From Flectonema sp. DT1601 (Eukaryota), in NCBI GenBank assembly GCA_964019425.1, contig OZ025788.1, forward strand, positions 248,001 through 312,000: DNA of 64,000 bases, in the 5' to 3' direction. A model generated the notes under the pieces. The model was not told where the DNA came from. It saw nothing but the letters and a program-made list of their open reading frames with translations, and ran no database searches. Of this stretch, positions 23,401 to 34,347 are shown piece by piece (within the stretch, counting starts at the first letter, position 1; each line of letters begins with the position of its first letter). The position numbers were made by a program, and so were the translations under genes.

Positions 23401-26400
23401 AAAAAAGCAGCCAGCTCCACACACAAAGTTTCAAAAAACAGCCAGCTCTACACACAAAGTTTTAAAAAACAGCCAGCACCACACACAAAGTTTCGAAAAA
23501 CAGCCAGCTCCACAAAGTTTAAAAAAACAGCCAGCTCAACAAAGTTTAAAAAAGCAGCCAGCTCCACACACAAAGTTTCAAAAAACAGCCAGCTCTACAC
23601 GCAAAGTTTTAAAAAACAGCCAGCACCACACACAAAGTTTCGAAAAACAGCCAGCTCCACAAAGTTTAAAAAAACAGCCAGCTCAACAAAGTTTAAAAAA
23701 AATGCCAGCTCCACGAAAAGTTTCAAAAAACAGCCAGCTCCACACACAAAGTTTCAAAAAACAGCCAGCACCACACGCAAAGTTTCAAAAAACAGCCAGC
23801 TCAACAAAGTTTAAAAAAGCAGCCAGCTCCACACACAAAGTTTCAAAAAACAGCCAGCTCCACACACAAAGTTTCAAAAAACAGCCAGCACCACACACAA
23901 AGTTTCGAAAAACAGCCAGCTCCACAAAGTTTCAAAAACAGCCAGCTCAACAAAGTTTAAAAAAAATGCCAGCTCCACGAAAAGTTTCAAAAAACAGCCA
24001 GCTCCACACACAAAGTTTCAAAAAACAGCCAGCTCCACACACAAAGTTTCAAAAAACAGCCAGCACCACACGCAAAGTTTCAAAAAACAGCCAGCTCAAC
24101 AAAGTTTAAAAAAGCAGCCAGCTCCACACACAAAGTTTCAAAAAACAGCCAGCTCAACAAAGTTTAAAAAAACAGCCAGCTCCACACACAAAGTTTCAAA
24201 AAACAGCCAGCTCTACACGCAAAGTTTTAAAAAATAGCCAGCTCAACAAAGTTTAAAAAAGCAGCCAGCTCCACACACAAAGTTTCAAAAAACAGCCAGC
24301 TCAACAAAGTTTAAAAAAACAGCCAGCTCCACACACAAAGTTTCAAAAAACAGCCAGCTCTACACGCAAAGTTTTAAAAAACAGCCAGCTCAACAAAGTT
24401 TAAAAAAGCAGCCAGCTCCACACACAAAGTTTCAAAAAACAGCCAGCTCTACACGCAAAGTTTTAAAAAACAGCCAGCTCCACACACAAAGTTTCAAAAA
24501 ACAGCCAGCTCAACAAAGTTTAAAAAAGCAGCCAGCTCCACACACAAAGTTTCAAAAAACAGCCAGCTCAACAAAGTTTAAAAAAACAGCCAGCTCCACA
24601 CACAAAGTTTCAAAAAACAGCCAGCTCTACACGCAAAGTTTCAAAAAACAGCCAGCTCCACACACAAAGTTTAAAAAAAAGCCAGCACCACGCAAAGTTT
24701 CAAAAAACAGCCAGCTCAACAAAGTTTAAAAAAGCAGCCAGCTCCACACACAAAGTTTCAAAAAACAGCCAGCTCAACAAAGTTTAAAAAAACAGCCAGC
24801 TCCACACACAAAGTTTCAAAAAACAGCCAGCTCTACACGCAAAGTTTTAAAAAATAGCCAGCTCAACAAAGTTTAAAAAAGCAGCCAGCTCCACACACAA
24901 AGTTTCAAAAAACAGCCAGCTCAACAAAGTTTAAAAAAACAGCCAGCTCCACACACAAAGTTTCAAAAAACAGCCAGCTCTACACGCAAAGTTTTAAAAA
25001 ACAGCCAGCTCAACAAAGTTTAAAAAAGCAGCCAGCTCCACACACAAAGTTTCAAAAAACAGCCAGCTCTACACGCAAAGTTTTAAAAAACAGCCAGCTC
25101 CACACACAAAGTTTCAAAAAACAGCCAGCTCCACACAAAGTTTAAAAAAACAGCCAGCTCAACAAAGTTTAAAAAAAATGCCAGCTCCACGAAAAGTTTC
25201 AAAAAACAGCCAGCTCTACACACAAAGTTTTAAGAAACAGCCAGCACCACACACAAAGTTTCGAAAAACAGCCAGCTCCACAAAGTTTAAAAAAACAGCC
25301 AGCTCAACAAAGTTTAAAAAAGCAGCCAGCTCCACACACAAAGTTTCAAAAAACAGCCAGCTCTACACGCAAAGTTTTAAAAAATAGCCAGCTCAACAAA
25401 GTTTAAAAAAGCAGCCAGCTCCACACACAAAGTTTCAAAAAACAGCCAGCTCTACACGCAAAGTTTTAAAAAACAGCCAGCTCAACAAAGTTTAAAAAAG
25501 CAGCCAGCTCCACACACAAAGTTTCAAAAAACAGCCAGCTCAACAAAGTTTGAAAAAACAGCCAGCTCCACACACAAAGTTTCAAAAAACAGCCAGCTCT
25601 ACACGCAAAGTTTTAAAAAACAGCCAGCTCAACAAAGTTTAAAAAAGCAGCCAGCTCCACACACAAAGTTTCAAAAAACAGCCAGCTCTACACGCAAAGT
25701 TTTAAAAAACAGCCAGCTCCACACACAAAGTTTCAAAAAACAGCCAGCTCCACACAAAGTTTAAAAAAAAGTCAGCTCCACACACAAAGTTTAAAAAAAA
25801 GTCAGCTCCACACGCAAAGTTTCAAAAAACAGCCAGCTCCACAAAGTTTCAAAAACAGCCAGCTCAACAAAGTTTAAAAAAAATGCCAGCTCCACGAAAA
25901 GTTTCAAAAAACAGCCAGCTCTACACACAAAGTTTCAAAAAACAGCCAGCACCACACGCAAAGTTTCAAAAAACAGCCAGCTCAACAAAGTTTAAAAAAG
26001 CAGCCAGCTCCACACACAAAGTTTCAAAAAACAGCCAGCTCCACGCAAAGTTTTAAAAAACAGCCAGCACCACACACAAAGTTTCGAAAAACAGCCAGCT
26101 CCACAAAGTTTCAAAAACAGCCAGCTCAACAAAGTTTAAAAAAAATGCCAGCTCCACGAAAAGTTTCAAAAAACAGCCAGCTCTACACACAAAGTTTCAA
26201 AAAACAGCCAGCACCACACGCAAAGTTTCAAAAAACAGCCAGCTCAACAAAGTTTAAAAAAGCAGCCAGCTCCACACACAAAGTTTCAAAAAACAGCCAG
26301 CTCCACACACAAAGTTTCAAAAAACAGCCAGCTCCACACACAAAGTTTAAAAAAAAGCCAGCACCACGCAAAGTTTCAAAAAACAGCCAGCTCAACAAAG

Positions 26401-27544
26401 TTTAAAAAAACAGCCAGCTCCACACACAAAGTTTCAAAAAACAGCCAGCTCTACACGCAAAGTTTCAAAAAACAGCCAGCTCCACACACAAAGTTTAAAA
26501 AAAAGCCAGCACCACGCAAAGTTTCAAAAAACAGCCAGCTCAACAAAGTTTAAAAAAACAGCCAGCTCCACACACAAAGTTTCAAAAAACAGCCAGCTCT
26601 ACACGCAAAGTTTTAAAAAATAGCCAGCTCAACAAAGTTTAAAAAAGCAGCCAGCTCCACACACAAAGTTTCAAAAAACAGCCAGCTCAACAAAGTTTAA
26701 AAAAACAGCCAGCTCCACACACAAAGTTTCAAAAAACAGCCAGCTCTACACGCAAAGTTTTAAAAAACAGCCAGCTCAACAAAGTTTAAAAAAGCAGCCA
26801 GCTCCACACAAAGTTTAAAAAAAAGTCAGCTCAACAAAGTTTAAAAAAGCAGCCAGCTCCACACACAAAGTTTCAAAAAACAGCCAGCTCCACACACAAA
26901 GTTTCAAAAAACAGCCAGCTCCACACACAAAGTTTCAAAAAACAGCCAGCTCTACACGCAAAGTTTAAAAAAACAGCCAGCTCAACAAAGTTTAAAAAAG
27001 CAGCCAGCTCCACACACAAAGTTTCAAAAAACAGCCAGCTCTACACGCAAAGTTTGAAAAAACAGCCAGCTCAACAAAGTTTAAAAAAGCAGCCAGCTCC
27101 ACACACAAAGTTTCAAAAAACAGCCAGCTCTACACGCAAAGTTTGAAAAAACAGCCAGCTCAACAAAGTTTAAAAAAGCAGCCAGCTCCACACGCAAAGT
27201 TTCAAAAAACAGCCAGCTCCACACAAAGTTTAAAAAAAAGTCAGCTCCACACGCAAAGTTTCAAAAAACAGCCAGCTCCACACACAGAGTTTAAAAAAAC
27301 AGCCAGCTCCACGCAAAGTTTAAAAAAAAGTCAGCTCCACACACAAAGTTTCAAAAAACAGCCAGCTCCACACAAAGTTTAAAAGAAAGCCAGCTCCACG
27401 CAAAGTTTTAAAAAACAGCCAGCTCCACACACAAAATTTTAAAAAAAAGCCAGCTCCACGCAAAGTTTTAAAAAACAGCCAGCTCCACACGCGAAGTTTC
27501 AAAAAACAGCCAGCTCCACACGCAAAGTTTCAAAAAACAGCCAG

Positions 27545-28045
27545 AATAAGAAATTTGGGAGAGGAATAGGGGCAGTGAACTTTTGATTCAGGCCCTTCCC
27601 ATCGAACAGGACGAAGACTTCTAAAACCTGAGATGAACCAATTGAGTTGAAACAAACAAATAACAGAGACGCAACACATACCGGAACATCATCGCAAGCA
27701 ATGCTTCGGACCTCCGTCGACCTTCGTTCTTCCGGCGGCAAAGGGAAACAAGAAAGAACAGGCAATGAGACAAACCTGTTAGTTGGTGTTGTGTTGTTGT
27801 TAAAAACAAAAACATAAACGCCAGGAAGTTCGACAACGAAGACATCGACATCGATCGCTGCTCTGCAGATGTCCGGCGGGTGTTTGTCTACACTGTGTTT
27901 ATTGTTTGTTTTTTTCCCAAGGTTCAACCTTGGGAAGAGAAGTAAAAAATTCCGTCAATGTTGGCCTTCCTGTTCGAAGGTGCGCACCAATGATGATAAA
28001 TAGAGTGGGGGGAGAAAACCTTTGATCCAACTGGATCCCTTCACG
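27545..28045 (-). repeat. Dispersed element X, copy B (diverged), island within the satellite
   Basis: Colinear similarity to the reverse complement of 29700-30055. The segment 27944-28000 also matches 30815-30870 directly. Confidence 0.6.
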
Positions 28046-29604
28046 AAACAGCCAGCTCCACACAAAGTTTAAAAAAGCAGCCAGCTCCACACACAGAGTT
28101 TAAAAAAGCAGCCAGCTCCACGCAAAGTTTAAAAAAAAGTCAGCTCAACAAAGTTTAAAAAAGCAGCCAGCTCCACACACAAAGTTTCAAAAAACAGCCA
28201 GCTCCACACACAAAGTTTAAAAAAAAGCCAGCTCAACAAAGTTTAAAAAAGCAGCCAGCTCCACACACAAAATTTTAAAAAACAGCCAGCTCCACACACA
28301 AAGTTTAAAAAAAAGCCAGCTCCACGCAAAGTTTTAAAAAACAGCCAGCTCCACACGCGAAGTTTCAAAAAACAGCCAGCTCAACAAAGTTTAAAAAAGC
28401 AGCCAGCTCCACACACAGAGTTTAAAAAAACAGCCAGCTCCACGCAAAGTTTAAAAAAAAGTCAGCTCCACACACAAAGTTTCAAAAAACAGCCAGCTCC
28501 ACACAAAGTTTCAAAAAACAGCCAGCTCAACAAAGTTTAAAAAAGCAGCCAGCTCCACACACAGAGTTTAAAAAAACAGCCAGCTCCACGCAAAGTTTAA
28601 AAAAAAGTCAGCTCCACACACAAAGTTTCAAAAAACAGCCAGCTCCACACACAAAGTTTTAAAAAATAGTCAGCTCCATACACAAAGTTTAAAAAAAAGC
28701 CAGCTCGACAAAGTTTAAAAAAGCAGCCAGCTCCACACACAAAATTTTAAAAAACAGCCAGCTCCACACACAAAGTTTAAAAAAAAGCCAGCTCCACGCA
28801 AAGTTTTAAAAAACAGCCAGCTCCACACGCGAAGTTTCAAAAAACAGCCAGCTCAACAAAGTTTAAAAAAGCAGCCAGCTCCACACACAGAGTTTAAAAA
28901 AACAGCCAGCTCCACGCAAAGTTTAAAAAAAAGTCAGCTCCACACACAAAGTTTCAAAAAACAGCCAGCTCCACACAAAGTTTCAAAAAACAGCCAGCTC
29001 AACAAAGTTTAAAAAAGCAGCCAGCTCCACACACAAAGTTTCAAAAAACAGCCAGCTCCACACAAAGTTTCAAAAAACAGCCAGCTCAACAAAGTTTAAA
29101 AAAGCAGCCAGCTCCACACACAGAGTTTAAAAAAACAGCCAGCTCCACGCAAAGTTTAAAAAAAAGTCAGCTCCACACACAAAGTTTCAAAAAACAGCCA
29201 GCTCCACACACAAAGTTTTAAAAAATAGTCAGCTCCATACACAAAGTTTAAAAAAAAGCCAGCTCAACAAAGTTTAAAAAAGCAGCCAGCTCCACACACA
29301 AAATTTTAAAAACAGCCAGCTCCACACACAAAGTTTAAAAAAAAGCCAGCTCCACACACAAAGTTTAAAAAAAAGCCAGCTCCACGCAAAGTTTTAAAAA
29401 ACAGCCAGCTCCACACGCGAAGTTTCAAAAAACAGCCAGCTCCACACGCAAAGTTTCAAAAAACAGCCAGCTCAACAAAGTTTTAAAAAACTGCCAGTTT
29501 AGCGTCTTGACCAGGACGGGAAATAGAAATTAGTCGACATAGTCGATCGATTAAAGAAACAATGATAACAGTGTTTATTCTTTTTTTTTCAAATATTCTT
29601 CCAG

Positions 29605-30055
29605 CGGGATCGCTCAGGGTCTAGTAGAGACCACCAATGTTGTGCGTTGATAGGCAAGGTGATCAACCTTGACATTCTTTCTTTTCTCTCCTGTTGTAAC
29701 AAACACAAAATACACACGCAGCTTACAGGTACTCGCATCTGCTGGAGCGATATCGATGCTTCCGTTGTCTTCCCTGGCATTGTCTTTAAAATAACACTTG
29801 TCCTCTCTCTGTTATTCAAATTCTCTGCTAAAATTACAACACAATTAAAACAGGTTTGTCTTGCTTTTTTTCCGTTACCTGTTTTTGCCAAGGGACGATG
29901 GAAGCAGATCGATGGAGGTTCAGCATGCGATGCGATGTACTTGTATGTGTGTTCTTTGTGTATGTTTTCTTCAGGTGCGAGTAGTTTTTTTGTTCTTGCT
30001 TTTCAGGGAGGGCCTTAGCCAAAAACTAACAGTCCAAATCTCACCTGGTAACTTA
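29605..30055 (+). pseudogene. Dispersed element X, copy C: fragment of an unidentified intron-containing gene
   Basis: A/C-rich AG acceptors (cacgcagcttacag, acaattaaaacag) and a gtatgt donor. The acaattaaaacag acceptor and gtatgt donor are at equivalent positions in copy B. Confidence 0.45.
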
Positions 30056-30388
30056 TTTCGATTATTAGTTTTGAATTTCATGAATAAAAACACAGCGAAC
30101 CACGCCATCCTACCCAAGATTCGTTGCGAAACGGCCTCGATTACACCCCCCTAGGTATTTTTTTCAAAGAATTGTTGGTTTTAAGCAAGTAATTTGTAGG
30201 TGAAACCTACACTCTGCCGTATTACATTATACCCTGGTTTTGGTTTCCCAGTCACGATCAATTCAAAATTGAGTAACTCGATTCCGTACTGCACTGAATG
30301 ACAACACGGAAAAAGAGATGTGTATGCAGCTAAGCTAGAAACATTTATTATAATGTAAAGTATTTACGTCAATCGCAGACACTAACAT

Positions 30389-30796
30389 TACCTTTAGTCA
30401 CTGTTTCTCAGAATAATGTTAAATTATGGTTATGTTGTTTATGATACAATACATTTGTATTTTACGTACAAACTCGAGCAGTTAACCCCCCCGGGTTTGC
30501 GGGTTTGCGGGTTTTTTTATTTATGAACATGAAACTCAAAGTAACTACATTCCAGTCCTGCAAACTGGAATGACTCAGTCTCAACATTTGACTGACTTAC
30601 TTCTACACCATACTGATGAGAGAGAATAGAGGTAAGAGGTATATGGATTACTCTCGAAACCTATAGTTACTTTAATATGCTAAGTTGCGCATCACCCTTA
30701 GTCACTGTATTTAAAACTAATGTTAAATTATCTTTATGTTTTTATGATACAACACAGTTGTAATTTTTACAAAATCGAACATACATCCCCCCTGGG
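30389..30796 (+). repeat. Diverged ~105-bp direct repeat pair (30389-30496, 30694-30796)
   Basis: cc(t/c)ttagtcactgt...taatgttaaattat...tttatgatacaa...cccccc(c/t)ggg occurs in both. Confidence 0.7.
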
Positions 30797-30821
30797 ATGT
30801 ATGTTCGATTTTGTAAAAATT
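30762..30821. repeat. Perfect 28-bp inverted repeat with 4-nt spacer
   Basis: aatttttacaaaatcgaacatacatccc-ccct-gggatgtatgttcgattttgtaaaaatt. Confidence 0.95.
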
Positions 30822-31640
30822 TCCGTCAGTTGGTCTTGCTGTTTGAAGGCGCGCACCAATTACGATAAACGCACATCTTCTCCAATGTTTCCTGAAGCCT
30901 TTCTGTTGCCTCGGTATGACTTACCACATCTTCGCTGTGCCTCTTCTTGGTTGCTTCGGCGTCCTTCCATCATTTTTAGAAGTATATCTCCAACCACGTT
31001 TCGCTCTAATTCTTCTGAGTGCGTGCGATCATGGTGTTTTGAAGTTCTGTCTCGTTCACTATTTCCATGGTATGTTGAGGCTCCGCATCGATAGCTGCTC
31101 CCATTGAGTTGTCCCTTCCGCTGGGGAATCCACGGACTGCGGAAATCTTGTCCAGGCGGCGAACGAGGAGCAGAAATGCCCAACATCAACGACGCACCTG
31201 TTGACAGATTCAGAGTTGGTTATGCAGGCATTGGAACAAGGACCATATAAACAAAGGCCAATGAACAAAGACATCTGGAAGTTAGCAATGAAACTGGAGA
31301 AGGGAATCCGGATCAACATGTAGCATGTACCGGCGCACAGAAACGTGTGGTGCAATGAAGTAGCGGACCAGCTGGCGAAATTCGCTGCAAGGCTGAAGGA
31401 AGATCCTCCTCATAAAGATGTTATTATTAAACAACTGCCCACCCAACTTGACATGGGAACATTGATGACGTTCCACAAGCGGAGAAAACGGGAACTGGAT
31501 CGGACCGGGTGAGGTAAGACACCCTCCGTACATAGAAGGTCTAACAAGACCGGAGGAAGTGCTGATGTCACGCTTTAGAGTGGGACGTTGCAGATCTCTA
31601 ACAAGTGTTGAGGCTTGTAATTCCTTCTTCATGACACCAG
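30815..31640 (-). pseudogene. Decayed coding-like relic, possibly a non-LTR retrotransposon 5' region
   Basis: Higher GC than its flanks, fragmented ORFs, a frameshifted 2A-like motif at 31501-31541, and homology with 27944-28000. No RT motif seen. Confidence 0.3.
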
Positions 31641-32452
31641 CAAGAAATAATAATAATACTGTAAAGAAAAATTTCTCGCGGATTTGGGGATTTTTTTCAA
31701 ACTCGCAGGTTTTTCCCCACAAGAATATTTCTCTTTACAGTACTTTCCCTTTTACATTAAAATATTGTATGTTGTACAGGTACTGTATTGTGATACACAA
31801 TTGTTTTGTATGTAATCAGTTTATTTCCCCTAAGCGACCTTCTCGACGCGACATTCTTTATTTTAAATAAACACTTTGTTTTCATAATTTAGGACCCTTC
31901 TTGAATTAAGTTATTATTTCATCTCATCTCATTAGGCGATGAACGGTATGGAAAGGAAGTGGGAAGAAGAAGGTTTCTGGGTGTGTATTTTAGTGGTGAA
32001 TGGAACTGCCGCATTTCATAAGCGGATGAATAATTGAAATTCTTCTGTCACTCACGTGACATGAAGTGGCAATTGGAACATTCTCATAGTGTTGGGTAGA
32101 GAATGCTGTACAGCAGCAGGTAGTGTACTACTGAACTCAGCGATATATTCACTTTCCACCTTCCCACTGTCTGTTTCTATATTCATCCCCCACTTTTCAG
32201 CCGGTGGTATCTACAGTTCACAAATAATGTTCTGGACAACCATTTTCACGTGGGAGGAGGAGGGGGAGGGACGATAATTTGTTTTGAATAAGAGGTGCGA
32301 ATGAGTTTTTTTGAAATTCATCTTCAAATCAGCGAATTACTTTTCATGACCTGCGATTGGCTCGCAATAAGTACCTTCTTGGAATGTTAGAATAGTTGTG
32401 GTACTTCAATTAAATTACTTCATACACAGCAACTTACTAAACTCATATTAAC

Positions 32453-33560
32453 ATGTTCAGGGTAACTAGATCAGTTCTTGGTAAGGTGTGTGTTCTCGGA
32501 CAGGTAAATGCAAAGGGAGTAACTCCAGCGACCTTGAGCGCCGTAAAGGCAGCCACTGAACTAGGAGATGTCACTGCAGTAGTTTCTGGAAAGAATGCTG
32601 CTGAGACCATGGCAAAGGTTACTGGTGTCAATAAGGTCATCTATTCTGCTGATGCAAGTATCGAGCATGACATGGCCGAGAACTGGACTGAATTCGTTTC
32701 AGGTGTCCAGAAGAACGAGAACTTTTCCCACATCTTGGCACCATCGTCTGCCTTCGGAAGCTCTGTAATCCCACGTTTGGGGGCAAAGCTGGATTCTCAG
32801 CCACTCACCAACATTAGTCAGGTACACAGTGAAGATACTTTCAGCCGTGGAACCTTTGCAGGAAATGTCGTAGTCAAAGTACAGATGAAGGACGCTGTTA
32901 AATTGATGTCTGTCCGTGGTGCGTCTTTTGACAAGGCTGCTGCTGAGGGTGGAAGTGCTGAGATTTCTGAGGCATCAGTTGAGGGATCAACTGATAAATC
33001 AAAGTGGGTATCTGACGAGACTTCGAGCAGTGACAAACCCGACTTAGAGTCTGCTTCAATTGTTGTTTCAGGTGGACGTGGTATGAAGGACCCGTCAAAC
33101 TGGCATCTGATCGACTCCTTGGCAGCCAAACTCGGAGGTGCTGTTGGAGCAACCCGTGCCGTCGTTGACGCCGAGTGGGTTCCATCTGACCTCCAGGTTG
33201 GTCAGACTGGAAAGGTTGTCGCCCCAGACCTCTACATTGCATGCGGTATCTCTGGAGCGATTCAACACGTTACTGGTATGAAGGACTCAAAGACAATCGT
33301 AGCCATCAACACCGATGAAGACGCTCCGATCATGTCCATCGCTGATTATGGTCTTGTTGCGGTATGAAATATTTTTTATGTTCTTAAAATGATTACTTTT
33401 CTCTTTTGTTCTGCCCTGTTCTGAAGCTATTGTACTTCGCAAGTTGTTGACTGACTTCCACAATTCACTAAGGTACTTTCTTCTGTTATGGTGAAAGACA
33501 TAACAAACAATCACACAGGATGCTCTCACCGCCGTACCTGAGCTCACTGGTAAGTTATAA
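32453..33560 (+). CDS. ETFA: Electron transfer flavoprotein subunit alpha, mitochondrial; exons 32453-33361, 33519-33560
   Basis: Motifs IVVSGGRGM, GAVGATRAVVD, QVGQTGKVVAPDLYIACGISGAIQH and AINTDEDAPI. Splicing the GT-AG intron 33362-33518 restores the conserved end ADYGLVA-DALTAVPELTGKL*. Confidence 0.97.
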
Positions 33561-34347
33561 GCTTGATTCTTTTAGTTTTAACTGAGAGTCACTGGAGGGT
33601 CGAGGAGGGAGAAGAAACATTAAAAAAAAAGAAAAAAAAAAAAAAAAAAAAAAAAAAAGCGGTTTCTCACTTTGGGCACCGATTTTCTTTTTTAAAATTT
33701 CCCTTTTCTTCCTTTTTTTTTTTTTGGAACTCTTGTTCTGCACGCCAAGGCTAGTGTATGCAAGTTACATTATGGTTATAGTTTTTATTTTTTATTTTAT
33801 TTTAAAGTTCTCTGATTTCTTTTTGCGGGTGCAGTTCTTGGTAAGATCGAAAGAAAAAGACACATGGAGGAGCTGCTGCCATGTAAACCAGTGATTTAAT
33901 TTGCTTGTCTTAGTCAGTCAAACCAAATGTGTTGTGTATCCTGAGAACACTTAAAGCATAGTGGGGACAAACTGCTGGCGTTTTTTTTTTTTTAGAAAAA
34001 AAAAAAAAATCGAAAAAAAAAAAATTGTGCCTGACAACACTCAATGTAAATTAAATGCTTCTTTATATATTTTTTTTAAAACTTTTTTTTGCGTAATCCA
34101 ACTATTAACAAACAAACTATACATCTATTTAAAAATATTTATTTACGCAAAAGTGAGCTATTAGCAAGTGTGACGTTTAAAGTCTTTCCGAGTCAGTCAG
34201 GCACTGAGGGTGTTGGCCCAAAGCAAATTAACACTTCTTTATAGGCATACAAAACTAATGTGAAGATTTGGACATTTTTTATTCTCTCTCAAAGAAGAAA
34301 AAAAAGGAATAATTATTTTTTAAACAGATTATAAAAGAGGGAACTCA

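Larger units (their letters stand above)
6929..29497 (+). repeat. Satellite array of 27-31-bp monomers, roughly 650-700 units, with four embedded islands; candidate centromeric satellite
   Basis: Monomer AAAGTTT(C/A/T)AAAAAA(C/GC/AT)AGCCAGCTC plus a variable tail (AAC, CAC, CACAC, CACACAC, TACACGC, CACGA). Islands at 7092-7922, 10790-11492, 16774-17476 and 27545-28045. Copy number is estimated from length. Confidence 0.97.

Noticed and set aside
7768..27502. Many K/Q/S-rich ORFs (e.g. MPAPRKVSKNSQL...) resembling histone H1-like repeats
   Set aside because: They are translations of the satellite in all frames. Monomer lengths of 27-31 nt shift frame constantly, so there is no codon-preserving selection.
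6929..29497. CRISPR array interpretation of the conserved core plus variable tail
   Set aside because: The variable parts are only 3-7 nt and drawn from a handful of recurring alleles, not unique spacers. No cas genes, and the context is eukaryotic.
5852..30055. Single giant TIR transposon enclosing the array
   Set aside because: The inverted modules are not in mirror order and no target-site duplication was found. Kept only as an inverted-flank observation.
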